From positions 76-64,075 of the forward strand of contig DAOLDL010000003.1 in the NCBI GenBank assembly GCA_035327305.1: a DNA stretch of 64,000 nt. The letters run 5' to 3'. Shown here piece after piece: positions 1-9,901 of this stretch (the stretch's first letter is position 1; every line of letters begins with the position of its first letter). The position numbers were made by a program, and so were the translations under genes. The notes below the pieces were generated by a model that worked only from the letters and a program-made list of their open reading frames with translations, had not been told where the DNA came from and made no database searches. The stretch is from Kiritimatiellia bacterium (lineage in GTDB: Bacteria; Verrucomicrobiota; Kiritimatiellia; CAIVKH01).

Positions 1-3000
1 CTGAAATGCCCGTTCAGGTCAAGATCCTCGGTCAGCACGCCGTCCGCATCGCTGGTATGAACGCAACTCAAGGCCAGTACTTCCGCCGAAATATACTCAA
101 AGTGATTTGCCACCGCATCCAGGATTACCGAATCGCCTTCGTATTTCACATGAATACGTTGCGCGATATCAAGGTCGGCAGTTTTCCGCATGTTCTGCAC
201 TTTATTGACAAATTCGCGGGCAAGCCCCTCCTTTACCAGAGCCTCGTTTAGTGCGGTGTCCAGCGCTATCACAAAATGGGTACCGGCGGAAACCGCCAAG
301 CCTTCGCGTGGCTTGCGATCAATCAGTACATCTTCCGGATCAATGGCAATGGTTTCACCGTCGATATCGAGATTCAGAGGTTTTCCGTCCAGCAATTGAT
401 CCAAGGCCTCACCACTCAACTGGCGAACTGCGGCATTTACCTTTTGGACTTTCGCGCCAATTCGGGCGCCCAGACGTTTGAAGTTGGCTTTGGCGGACAA
501 CTCGGCTAGCGCAGATTCATGCCTGCTGAAGTGCGCGGTTTTGACATTCAATTCATCCAGAATCAATTCCTTAAGCGCTTCGGCATGATCCACATTTTCC
601 TGGCGGTGGCTGACAATATGAATACCGGCCAGGGGCTGACGAACCTTCAAATTGTGTTCCGTGCGTAATTGCCGTCCCAACCCGACCACCTCCAGCACTG
701 CTTCCATGCGGGCTTCCAGCTCCACATTTCGAAGAGCGGGGTCGGCCAGAGGAAAGTCACACAAGTGAACCGATTCCGGCATCTTGACCGTTCGCAGATT
801 CTGGTAAATTTCCTCGCTGATGAATGGCACAAACGGCGCCGCAATTTTACACAAGCGAAGAAGTACATCGTATAATGTTCGATACGCCTGCAATTTGTCG
901 GTGTCGTTGGAGCTTTTCCAGAAGCGACGGCGACTGCGACGAATATACCAATTGGTCAAATCTTCAATAAACTGAACAAAGGGTTTGATGGAAGATTGCA
1001 GGTCATATCCATCAAGCGCCTTTACGACTTCCTGATTCAACCGTTCCATGGAGCTGGAAATCCATTGGTCCAGAACATTATCGGAAGCGGGCAAATTCCT
1101 GGATTTCTCCGGAGTCCAACCATCGATATTGGCATACGTCACGAGAAAGCTGTAAGCATTCCAAAGCGGTATAAGCAAGTGACGGAGTGAGTGGACCACG
1201 CCATGTTCCGAAAAACACAAATCCTCGGCGCGCACTACGGGGGAATAAATCATGTACAAACGCAAAGCATCGGCGCCGTGACTGCTCAAAATGTGATTCG
1301 GGTCGGGATAGTTTTTCAGCCGCTTGCTCATTTTGCGACCGTCTTCGGCAAGTACCAGACCATTTACGACGACGTTTTTAAATGCTGACTTTTTGAAAAG
1401 CGCCGTGGAAATAATCAACAGGGTGTAAAACCAACCTCGGGTTTGATCCAGGCCTTCCGCAATGAAATCCGCCGGGAAGCATGCTTCGAAGCGATCGGCG
1501 TTATCGAACGGATAATGATGCTGGGCGTAGGGCATCGACCCGCTTTCAAACCAGCAATCCAAAACTTCAGGCGTGCGTTTGTAACGCTTCCCATCTTTTT
1601 CAAACGTAATTTTGTCGACAATGTGTTTATGAAGATCGGTTACTTTCTGTCCGGATAATTTTTCCAGTTCGGAAATGGATCCCACACAAATCATATCCGA
1701 GCCATCTTCCGAAACCCAAACGGGAATGCACGACCCCCAAAACCGGTTGCGGCTGATATTCCAGTCCTTGGCATCCTTCAGCCAATTTCCGAATCGTTTC
1801 TCACCGACATAGCCGGGCATCCAGTAGACGGAATCGTTTTGCTTTACGAGATCATCGCGTAAATCCTCAACCCTGACATACCAAGCATCGATGGCGCGAT
1901 ATATCAACGGTGTGTCGGTGCGTTCGCAGAACGGATAACTGTGAACGATGGTGCCATGGCGGATCAACTTGCCTTCGTCTTTGAGGCGTTTGATGATCAA
2001 TTTGTCCGCATCTTTGCAGAACATTCCGGCATATTCGGGGATGGCTTCGGTAAAGCGGCATTCGTCATCAAGCGGATCAACAAGTTCGATGGATTCCGTC
2101 CGGCAAACCCGGTAGTCGTCTTCACCATACGCAGGGGCAAGGTGAACGATGCCCGTGCCATCCTCCGTGCTGACAAAGCCATCATTCAGGATGCGAAACG
2201 CATTGGGCGCCTGGCGAAAATATTCAAACAAAGGTTCATAGGTCCATCCGGCCAATTCACGACCTTTCAACTTGGCGAGGACCGTATAGTCCTCCTCTTT
2301 TTTGTAGTAGGCGGAGAGCCGGGCTTCGGCCAGCAGATAACGATCGCCGCTGGAGTTATCGGACACTATGACATAGTCGATGTCCGGTCCGGCGCAAAGG
2401 GCCAGGTTTTCCGGGAGTGTCCAGGGAGTGGTGGTCCAAACCAGGGCGAATAACGGGACTGACTCACCGGCCAGCGGATTCCTGCCCGATGTGATCCGGA
2501 GGCGCACGGTGATGTCGGGATCCTGAACCTGCTTGTAATTGCTGTTTGCCTCGAAGTTAGATAGCGGCGTGGTCAGTTTCCAACTATAAGGCATGATGCG
2601 GTAGGCGCGGTAAATGCGATTCTGATCCCACAACTGCTTGAAAACCCACCAGATGGTTTCCATGAAGGTGGCATCCATGGTTTTATAATCGTTGTCAAAA
2701 TCCACCCAACGGCCCATGCGGGTAACGGTTTTTCGCCATTCACTGACGTAGGTCAACACCATGGACCGGCATTTTTCATTAAAGACATCGATACCGGCTT
2801 CCTTGATGGCGCCGGCGCCGGCCAGTCCCAAAGCTTCCTGGGCCAGCGCTTCGATGGGCAGACCATGGCAGTCCCAGCCAAAGCGCCGTTGGACGTAGTG
2901 CCCGCGCATGGTCATGTAGCGGGGAATGATATCCTTTATTGTGCCGGCCAGTAGATGCCCGTAGTGAGGAAGCCCGGTAGCGAACGGAGGCCCATCGTAA

Positions 3001-3128
3001 AATACAAACGGCTTGGCCGATTCACGATTTTTGAGAGATTTCTCGAAAATTTGTCCAGCCTCCCAGAAGCGGAGAATGTCTTCCTCCATTTTCGGAAAGT
3101 TCACTTTATTCGATACGGGCTTAAACAT
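1..3128 (-). CDS. ileS: Isoleucyl-tRNA synthetase, 5' portion; the 3' end of the gene runs off the window start. Not in the ORF track because no stop codon lies inside the window.
   Basis: Manual reverse-complement translation from the ATG at 3128 gives MFKPVSNKVNFPKMEEDILRFWEAGQIF...FYDGPPFATGLPHYGHLL (HIGH motif), later WDCHGLPIE and KMSKRL (KMSKS motif). Continuous reading frame to position 1. Class I IleS hallmarks. Confidence 0.85.
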   Translation of the reverse strand, partial: MFKPVSNKVNFPKMEEDILRFWEAGQIFEKSLKNRESAKPFVFYDGPPFATGLPHYGHLLAGTIKDIIPRYMTMRGHYVQRRFGWDCHGLPIEALAQEALGLAGAGAIKEAGIDVFNEKCRSMVLTYVSEWRKTVTRMGRWVDFDNDYKTMDATFMETIWWVFKQLWDQNRIYRAYRIMPYSWKLTTPLSNFEANSNYKQVQDPDITVRLRITSGRNPLAGESVPLFALVWTTTPWTLPENLALCAGPDIDYVIVSDNSSGDRYLLAEARLSAYYKKEEDYTVLAKLKGRELAGWTYEPLFEYFRQAPNAFRILNDGFVSTEDGTGIVHLAPAYGEDDYRVCRTESIELVDPLDDECRFTEAIPEYAGMFCKDADKLIIKRLKDEGKLIRHGTIVHSYPFCERTDTPLIYRAIDAWYVRVEDLRDDLVKQNDSVYWMPGYVGEKRFGNWLKDAKDWNISRNRFWGSCIPVWVSEDGSDMICVGSISELEKLSGQKVTDLHKHIVDKITFEKDGKRYKRTPEVLDCWFESGSMPYAQHHYPFDNADRFEACFPADFIAEGLDQTRGWFYTLLIISTALFKKSAFKNVVVNGLVLAEDGRKMSKRLKNYPDPNHILSSHGADALRLYMIYSPVVRAEDLCFSEHGVVHSLRHLLIPLWNAYSFLVTYANIDGWTPEKSRNLPASDNVLDQWISSSMERLNQEVVKALDGYDLQSSIKPFVQFIEDLTNWYIRRSRRRFWKSSNDTDKLQAYRTLYDVLLRLCKIAAPFVPFISEEIYQNLRTVKMPESVHLCDFPLADPALRNVELEARMEAVLEVVGLGRQLRTEHNLKVRQPLAGIHIVSHRQENVDHAEALKELILDELNVKTAHFSRHESALAELSAKANFKRLGARIGAKVQKVNAAVRQLSGEALDQLLDGKPLNLDIDGETIAIDPEDVLIDRKPREGLAVSAGTHFVIALDTALNEALVKEGLAREFVNKVQNMRKTADLDIAQRIHVKYEGDSVILDAVANHFEYISAEVLALSCVHTSDADGVLTEDLDLNGHF

Positions 3129-3267
3129 GATGATTACCTGAACGATTACAACTTCACCACGGGGTGAAAAAGCGATTAAATTAGGCCGAACCAATGTGAT
3201 AAATCAAGAGTATAACTTGTGAGGAACGAACGAAATGCGGAAAGCGGCACAACGGACGAAGTAAACG

Positions 3268-3342
3268 TGGAGCGGGTAGCGGGAATCGAACCCGCGCCCG
3301 AAGCTTGGGAAGCTTCTATTCTACCATTGAACTATACCCGCA
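3268..3342 (-). tRNA. tRNA-Gly, anticodon CCC.
   Basis: Reverse complement reads GCGGGTATAGTTCAATGGTAGAATAGAAGCTTCCCAAGCTTCGGGCGCGGGTTCGATTCCCGCTACCCGCTCCA. It has a 7-bp acceptor stem, an anticodon loop TTCCCAA, a T-arm GGTTCGATTCC and an encoded CCA end. Confidence 0.8.
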
Positions 3343-3487
3343 ACCATCTACGGAAATAATAAGCCCCCCCGCTCTTTTCTCAAGCATTGAATTGTCGATG
3401 GCCGGTAATACACGGCATCACGCGCTTGATCATTGCTCATTTGTTTATTACTCTTTCGCAACTTTTCCGGAGCAAATAAGACAACTC

Positions 3488-4600
3488 ATGAATGTATTAA
3501 TTACCGGCGGCGCGGGGTTTATCGGTTCCCACACCATGGATGCGTTACGTAAGCGTGGCTACCGCGTTCGAATCCTGGACAATCTTTCCAAACCCGTTCA
3601 CCTCAAGGGCAAACCTTCGTACCTGCCATCCGACGTCGAATTCATTCTGGGCGACGTACGCGACAAGGAGTTGCTTCGCAAATGCCTCCAAGGCATCGAC
3701 GTGGTGTATCACCTTGCCGCTTACCAGGACTACCTGCCCGATTTCAGCACGTTTTTTTCCGTCAACGCCGTAAGCACGGCTTTACTCTACGAAATTATTG
3801 TTGAAGATGATTTACCGGTTAAGAAGGTTATTGTGGCCTCTTCCCAATCCGTCGCAGGTGAAGGTCTATACCAATCGTCCAACGGCGATTTATGGATGCC
3901 TGACATGCGCTCGGAAAAGCAATTGGCCAGCGCGCAATGGGAAACCATCGACACCAACGGCCAGATCGCCTCACCCGTGCCCACCCCTTCAGATCGTTCA
4001 AACCCGCAAAATCCTTACGGCTTGAGCAAATTAAGCCAGGAAAAGGCCTGCATCAGCCTCGGACGGCGTTACAACATTCCGTCCGTGGCCATGCGCTACT
4101 CCATTGTTCAAGGTCCCCGCCAGTCTTTTTATAATGCGTATTCCGGCGCTTGCCGGATTTTTTGCCTTTCCGTTTACTTTGATAAAGCGCCGGTTATTTA
4201 TGAAGATGGAAAACAACTTCGCGACTTCGTCAATATTCATGACGTGGTCGACGCCAACCTGAAAGTGCTGGACGACGAACGTGCAGATTACCGCGTGTTT
4301 AATGTCGGAGGCGGTCGTCCCTACACCATCAATGAATTTGCGGGCATTGTCTGCCGGGTGTTTGACAAGGATTTGCCTATCGCCTCCTCGGGTCTCTACC
4401 GTTTTGGCGATACACGCCATTGTATTTCGGATATTTCCGCCTTACGGTCACTGGGTTGGAGTCCACGGCGGACCGCAGAAGAAAGCGTAGCGGAATATGT
4501 CGAATACCTCAAAGCGCAAACCGACATTGAGGACATCCTTGAATTCGCCAACCGGAAAATGAAGGATCTGAATGTCGTTAGGAAAGCCGCCACGGCATGA
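3488..4600 (+). CDS. NAD-dependent nucleotide-sugar epimerase/dehydratase (extended SDR).
   Basis: MNVLITGGAGFIGSH Rossmann motif and a YGLSK (YxxxK) catalytic motif. The ORF-track start at 3305 overlaps the tRNA, so the internal ATG at 3488 is preferred. Confidence 0.8.
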   Translation: MNVLITGGAGFIGSHTMDALRKRGYRVRILDNLSKPVHLKGKPSYLPSDVEFILGDVRDKELLRKCLQGIDVVYHLAAYQDYLPDFSTFFSVNAVSTALLYEIIVEDDLPVKKVIVASSQSVAGEGLYQSSNGDLWMPDMRSEKQLASAQWETIDTNGQIASPVPTPSDRSNPQNPYGLSKLSQEKACISLGRRYNIPSVAMRYSIVQGPRQSFYNAYSGACRIFCLSVYFDKAPVIYEDGKQLRDFVNIHDVVDANLKVLDDERADYRVFNVGGGRPYTINEFAGIVCRVFDKDLPIASSGLYRFGDTRHCISDISALRSLGWSPRRTAEESVAEYVEYLKAQTDIEDILEFANRKMKDLNVVRKAATA

Positions 4601-5295
4601 AGGCGTTTTTACTGGCCGCCGGCAAAGGCACCCGGCTCCGTCCGCTTACCGATACGGTCCCCAAATGCCTGGTGGATATTCAAGGCCGCCCGTTATTATC
4701 GATCTGGTTTGAATTGCTTGGTCGAGCCGGAATCACCGATGTATTGATCAACACCCATCACCTTCCGGAAGTTGTCGAACGTTACGTTCATGAACATACA
4801 CCCCCGGATTTGCGCGTAACGTTGTTTCATGAAAAGGAACTGCTCGGGTCGGCCGGCACAGTGAAACATAACCGCGACTTCATCGGCGCGGATCCGGAAA
4901 CCCTGATCATTTATGCCGACAACCTGTCTTCCATCGATTTGCGGGCATTTCTTCAGTTTCACCAGCGAAAACAAAGCCTGTTTACCATGGGATTGTTTCG
5001 GGCGGCCGCGCCCGAAGAGTGCGGAATCGCCACACTCGATGCCGACAAGCGGGTCGTGGCGTTCACCGAAAAACCGAAAAATCCGGTTTCCGATCTGGCC
5101 AATGCAGGCATCTATGCCATGAGCCGTGAACTGCTCGACCTAATTCCCGATCAACCGCTGGCCGATTTCGGATACGACATTATTCCGCAATTGGTTGGAA
5201 AAATGTATGGATATTTGATTCCCGGATATTATATGGACATCGGTACATGGGAGAGGCTTGAGCGCGCACGAAGGGAATGGCCGGGCCGGATTTAG
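4597..5295 (+). CDS. Sugar-1-phosphate nucleotidyltransferase (HddC/GMP-like, candidate heptose-1-P guanylyltransferase).
   Basis: N-terminal LLAAGKGTRLRPLTDTVPKCLV signature of the NTP-transferase family. ATGA overlap with the upstream gene. Heptose-pathway neighbours. Confidence 0.7.
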   Translation: MKAFLLAAGKGTRLRPLTDTVPKCLVDIQGRPLLSIWFELLGRAGITDVLINTHHLPEVVERYVHEHTPPDLRVTLFHEKELLGSAGTVKHNRDFIGADPETLIIYADNLSSIDLRAFLQFHQRKQSLFTMGLFRAAAPEECGIATLDADKRVVAFTEKPKNPVSDLANAGIYAMSRELLDLIPDQPLADFGYDIIPQLVGKMYGYLIPGYYMDIGTWERLERARREWPGRI

Positions 5296-5319
5296 TCGAT
5301 AGCAAATACAGGAAATCGT

Positions 5320-6306
5320 ATGCTTATTACCCAAACACCACTGCGAATCAGCTTTTCGGGAGGCGGTACCGATCTTTCCGCATACTACCGTAAACGGTCC
5401 GGTGCGGTCGTCAGCACCGCAATTGACAAGTTTATCTACGTTATCCTGAACCAACGGTTTGATGACATGATTTATCTTAGCTATTCGAAGAAGGAAATCG
5501 TTTCAAACGTGGACGAAATCCAACATGAACTTATCCGCGAAGCCATGCGGATGACTGGCGTTGAAAAAGGAATTGAGCTGGCCATCATGGCCGACATCCC
5601 GTCGGAAGGTTCCGGACTGGGTTCTTCCAGCAGTTTGACCGTCGGCCTGCTGAATGCGCTGTACACATACCGCGGCATCCTGGTGACCGCCGAGCAACTG
5701 GCGCATGAGGCCTGCCGGATTGAAATCGATATTTGCGGCAAACCCATCGGCAAGCAGGACCAGTATATCGCCGCATACGGCGGCCTGCGGTATTTCGAGT
5801 TTCGCCCTGATGATTCAGTCCTGGTTGATGATTTACCAGTGGGTAAACTGCGACCCGAATTGTCCAATCGGTTGATGTTGTTTTTCACCAATACCACCCG
5901 GAAATCTCAAAACATTCTCAAGGAACAAACCGAGCGTACCGGTGAGAAGATGAATTACCTCGATGACATCCGTGCGCTCGCCGACCGAACGCGGCAAAGC
6001 CTGGAACGCGGAGAACTGGATGACATCGGCGCAATCCTGAAGCAGAACTGGGATCTCAAACGCGAATTGGCATCCGGCATCACCAACCCTGAAATCGAAC
6101 TCATGGTGGAGCTGGCCATGAGCGCCGGAGCGGGTGGGTGCAAGATTTGCGGCGCCGGCGGCGGAGGTTTTCTTCTGGTATACGCGCCTCACGACAAGAC
6201 CGAGCACATCCGGAAAAACTTGAAGAACTATCGGGAAATGCCATTTTTCATGGAACGGGCGGGCAGTCGGGTTATCTTTAACGTGGAAGGTTACGAATGG
6301 AAGTAA
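5320..6306 (+). CDS. GHMP-family sugar kinase (D-glycero-D-manno-heptose 7-phosphate kinase, HddA-like).
   Basis: GHMP motif PSEGSGLGSSSSL and a C-terminal GAGGGGF glycine-rich segment. Lies between a nucleotidyltransferase and GmhA. Confidence 0.7.
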   Translation: MLITQTPLRISFSGGGTDLSAYYRKRSGAVVSTAIDKFIYVILNQRFDDMIYLSYSKKEIVSNVDEIQHELIREAMRMTGVEKGIELAIMADIPSEGSGLGSSSSLTVGLLNALYTYRGILVTAEQLAHEACRIEIDICGKPIGKQDQYIAAYGGLRYFEFRPDDSVLVDDLPVGKLRPELSNRLMLFFTNTTRKSQNILKEQTERTGEKMNYLDDIRALADRTRQSLERGELDDIGAILKQNWDLKRELASGITNPEIELMVELAMSAGAGGCKICGAGGGGFLLVYAPHDKTEHIRKNLKNYREMPFFMERAGSRVIFNVEGYEWK

Positions 6307-6890
6307 CGAAACAGTATCTTGAAGAAGTCATCGACGCGGCGAGATCGGTTGATCTCAACGAAGTATCACGGTTGGTGGATTTGCTGGAGCAGACGTACCG
6401 ATCCGGTCGCGATGTTTTTGTCATCGGCAATGGTGGAAGCGCATCAAATGCCAGTCACTTTGCCCAGGACTTGTCAAAAGGTTCCATACCTGACATGGAG
6501 GGTAAACGGTTTCGTGTAACCAGCTTCACCGACAATGTCGCCACCATAACCGCAATTTCAAACGACATTGGTTATGAACGAATCTTTGATTTGCAATTGC
6601 GTCAATATGCGCGTCCGAATGACGTTTTGGTTGCAATCAGCGGATCGGGCAACAGCCGGAACATCATTCGCGCCGCCGAGTATGCCCGCGATCATAAGTT
6701 GACCATTGTCGGCGTGACCGGATTCAACGGCGGCCAACTCCTCACCATGAGCGACATCCGCATTCATGTTCCGATAAACGATATGTGCAAAGCCGAGGCC
6801 GTTCACTCCATTGTCTTGCACATGGCGAGTGAAATATTGCGGGTCCGACTCCACGATGTCCGCGGTATCGAATACGCCGATCGCAAATAA
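6297..6890 (+). CDS. gmhA: Phosphoheptose isomerase (SIS domain, GmhA-like).
   Basis: SIS-domain motifs VFVIGNGGSASNASHFAQDL and AISGSGNS. About 197 aa, the length typical for GmhA. Confidence 0.75.
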   Translation: MEVTKQYLEEVIDAARSVDLNEVSRLVDLLEQTYRSGRDVFVIGNGGSASNASHFAQDLSKGSIPDMEGKRFRVTSFTDNVATITAISNDIGYERIFDLQLRQYARPNDVLVAISGSGNSRNIIRAAEYARDHKLTIVGVTGFNGGQLLTMSDIRIHVPINDMCKAEAVHSIVLHMASEILRVRLHDVRGIEYADRK

Positions 6891-7681
6891 TGCGTATGAA
6901 GCGGGGTGACTCCATAAATTCAGCGTCGGCGGAAGAGTCCCTCGAGCTATCCATCGTCATTCCCTGCTACAATGAAATCAACCGACTGCCCCGGACCATG
7001 AAACAGTTGGAAACGTTTTTGCAGAACTTTTCCATCCCCCTTGAAATTGTGGTGGTTGATGATGGATCCCGTGATGAAACGGCCACCTGGGTTCGTAAAT
7101 ATTCGGAATCCGACCGCAGGGTTCGACTCGTCAGTTACGGCGGAAACCGCGGCAAAGGTTATGCCGTTACGCAAGGGATGTTGGCGGCAAAAGGCCGGTA
7201 CCGGGTTTTCATGGACGCCGACGGCTCCACGCCGGTTGAATACATAGAAAATTTTCTGCGCATCATGAAGGAACGTTCGGCGGATATTGTAATTGGTTCA
7301 CGCAAGGAAATCGGCGCCCAACTGCAGGCAACGCAAAGCCTGCCCCGGCGAAGCGCCAGCCAGCTGTTCGCTTTATTAACCCGTTTACTGGTGGTATATG
7401 GCGTTAAAGATACGCAATGCGGTTTCAAAATGTTCACCAAAGAGGCATCCGATTCGATCTTTTCCAGAACCACCGTGGCGGGGGCCATTTTTGACATCGA
7501 GTTGATGTTGCTCGCGGCGGATTTGCGTTATCGCGTGGCGGAGATCCCCGTGACCTGGACTCATGACGATGATTCTCGTCTTACCTACAACCTGCGCAAA
7601 AGCCTGATGATTTTCGTGGAATTGATGCGGGTAAAATTTCGCCACCGGATATTACTGCCTCGCAAAGTCCAACCGGCCTGA
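6890..7681 (+). CDS. GT2 polyprenol-phosphate glycosyltransferase (DPM1/ArnC/GtrB-like).
   Basis: LSIVIPCYNE...VVVDDGSRDET...MDADGSTP motifs of GT-A fold GT2 enzymes that load sugars on undecaprenyl/dolichyl phosphate. TAATG overlap with gmhA. Confidence 0.75.
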   Translation: MRMKRGDSINSASAEESLELSIVIPCYNEINRLPRTMKQLETFLQNFSIPLEIVVVDDGSRDETATWVRKYSESDRRVRLVSYGGNRGKGYAVTQGMLAAKGRYRVFMDADGSTPVEYIENFLRIMKERSADIVIGSRKEIGAQLQATQSLPRRSASQLFALLTRLLVVYGVKDTQCGFKMFTKEASDSIFSRTTVAGAIFDIELMLLAADLRYRVAEIPVTWTHDDDSRLTYNLRKSLMIFVELMRVKFRHRILLPRKVQPA

Positions 7682-7697
7682 AGAAGCCGGACGAATA

Positions 7698-9767
7698 TCA
7701 CGGTTCCCAGAATGCATCCAGAATGATGATACCCGATCCGGATACTTCAGTTCCCGCCCTCCTCCACTGCACAATATGTTCCCCAGGCGGAAGGGATGGA
7801 ACAGGCACTTCCATCTGAATGAATTGAGCTGTCGGCGCTGAAGTTCTCAACAGCATGTCGTTGCCCATGCTGAACTGAATCGGTGCGCTCATATTTTGGG
7901 GTCCGGGCAGGGCCAGATTCAGCATGAGTCGCCCCGCAACCGGGTTTTCCGTGACATTCACCAAACGAATGCGGGACTGACTGTCCCGCCCGACACGGAA
8001 ATAACGCGTCTCTTGCTGACTTACCTGCTGACCGGATAACTCCCAGCCATCGAAAGCTAGCACGACTGGTCGGTTTTCCGACTTGGCACGCTCGACCCGA
8101 TCCATCCAGGTGTTATAATACAAATCGATGCGGTAGGAGTATTCGGATAATTCTTCGAAGGGCAGACCGGGATAAATACCCCATCGAATCAATTGATGAA
8201 TATATGAAGGATTGCCGAGAATAATATGCCGTGAAAAGTTTTGACTGGGCCATGCCCAGAGACCCTCGGGTGTATTCCAATTGTGGTGAGCGGACTCGAT
8301 AAACGGCGCCTCCGGAAACCGGGTCATAAATTCTATTTGTTTTTCGTGCAGGCGCTGGATGTCGCCGGGAGCGGAACCATGCACAAAAGGAGCGGCCGGC
8401 GGATTATAAGGTGTCGGATAACTTTCACCGACCCAACGGATTTCATAGGCGCTTTCCATTAAAAAAGGCGCACCGGGAGGTAAATTTGCATTGATCCATT
8501 TTGCAACGGCGCCAAACGATGTCGATTTCTCGGTAAGCATCAGAAGTTTAGGTGTAAACATAACGGTATGAATCAGAATTGGAATCCCGGCCACGCACCA
8601 GGCGACGGCGATTTTTGATTTCTGCGAAACACGAATCAAACCGCCCAACCAAAGTCCGATTTGATACAGTCCCTGACCCATAACCATCAACACCAACGGG
8701 GCGACTGGCGAAAAGTACCGGGCGGATAAATATTGCGAGCGACCGGTCGCCCACGTTAACAACAGCAATCCAAGCACGGTAACGATCGCAACATATAAAC
8801 GATCTTTACGCCTTGGATCCGGACGCGCCAGAGAAACGATACCCGAAAGAAGAACAATCCATGCGGCGATATTAAATGGTCGCCATTCGCCGAGAAACAG
8901 TTTGGCCACCACGTCATTCAGGATGATGAAATGCGAGTAATCCGCGCCGCTGGTATGCGATTTGTTAAAAAATACGAATCGCAGGACATAGGGTGATACT
9001 AAAACCAATGATAATGCGGTGACCAGTACGGCATTAAAATAGCCCCGGGATCCCTTATCCCCGTGCTTCAGACTAACCGCCCAAAACAATGCCAAAACGC
9101 CGGCCATTGCAACAACAACCATCAAAGCGCCAAGATGGGAATACAACAACGCGGTAATGAAGATAACCGCCAGTCCGCCATCGCGCCTGAACGAACCGGT
9201 TCCCTCCCGTATGCGGAGGAGCATTAAAACCGCCAGCGGGGTCAACATGATGATTTGCGAATATACGTAGGCTTCGCGCGCGTAATATACCGGAAAGAAA
9301 AACACCGCAGACATGACAGTCACAATTTTGGCGGCGGTTTCATCCAGAACTCTAACGGACAATTTGTAAATAGCCCATACACCGGCGATTCCGAACAAGG
9401 ATGCGGGGAGCCTGGCCAGACCTGCGGTAAAAGGCGTCACCGATTCGGTGAACATTTCAATCATCCGGTAAAACAGATTGTGAATGACAAATGCGAGTGG
9501 CATTTGACCGATAGCAACAATCAGATCCCAACTTGTCCGCCAAACCTGACTTTGCGTAAAACCAGTATGGGCATATTTGAAAAAGCCCAATTCGTCCTGC
9601 CATAGTTCTGCGCGACCCAACCATGCCAAACGAAAAATCGCCGCAACAACCAGGACGGCACAAAGGAAATAATCCACCTGCCGCAGACGCGAAACCGGGG
9701 CTTTCAATTGCGGCTCCGGAGGCTTGGGAATGCCCTTATTACCACCGGATTTTACCTTGGATTTCAT
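7698..9767 (-). CDS. GT-C fold membrane glycosyltransferase (ArnT/PMT family, GT39/GT83-like), 689 aa.
   Basis: More than 10 predicted TM helices. A conserved acidic DE motif in the first periplasmic loop (ELWQDELGFF) and a large C-terminal soluble domain. Divergent from the GT2 polyprenol-P gene. Confidence 0.7.
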   Translation of the reverse strand: MKSKVKSGGNKGIPKPPEPQLKAPVSRLRQVDYFLCAVLVVAAIFRLAWLGRAELWQDELGFFKYAHTGFTQSQVWRTSWDLIVAIGQMPLAFVIHNLFYRMIEMFTESVTPFTAGLARLPASLFGIAGVWAIYKLSVRVLDETAAKIVTVMSAVFFFPVYYAREAYVYSQIIMLTPLAVLMLLRIREGTGSFRRDGGLAVIFITALLYSHLGALMVVVAMAGVLALFWAVSLKHGDKGSRGYFNAVLVTALSLVLVSPYVLRFVFFNKSHTSGADYSHFIILNDVVAKLFLGEWRPFNIAAWIVLLSGIVSLARPDPRRKDRLYVAIVTVLGLLLLTWATGRSQYLSARYFSPVAPLVLMVMGQGLYQIGLWLGGLIRVSQKSKIAVAWCVAGIPILIHTVMFTPKLLMLTEKSTSFGAVAKWINANLPPGAPFLMESAYEIRWVGESYPTPYNPPAAPFVHGSAPGDIQRLHEKQIEFMTRFPEAPFIESAHHNWNTPEGLWAWPSQNFSRHIILGNPSYIHQLIRWGIYPGLPFEELSEYSYRIDLYYNTWMDRVERAKSENRPVVLAFDGWELSGQQVSQQETRYFRVGRDSQSRIRLVNVTENPVAGRLMLNLALPGPQNMSAPIQFSMGNDMLLRTSAPTAQFIQMEVPVPSLPPGEHIVQWRRAGTEVSGSGIIILDAFWEP

Positions 9768-9901
9768 TCACGCGACGCTAGCGAAAGACATTGGATACAT
9801 CAAGAACGAAGACCGCAATGGCCGAATTTCCGATTGCATTCAACCGCAATAAATCACCTTATCTTGAAGGCTTAAAAGTTATATGGTAGTATGTCCATTT
9901 A

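Noticed and set aside
1941-2453. 170-aa plus-strand ORF and other small ORFs inside 1-3128.
   Set aside because: They lie antisense to, and within, the continuous ileS reading frame. They are shadow ORFs typical of GC-rich coding DNA.
3305-3487. N-terminal 61-codon extension of the epimerase ORF (ORF-track start 3305).
   Set aside because: It overlaps the tRNA-Gly on the opposite strand and contains no SDR homology. The internal ATG at 3488 directly precedes the GGAGFIGSH Rossmann motif.
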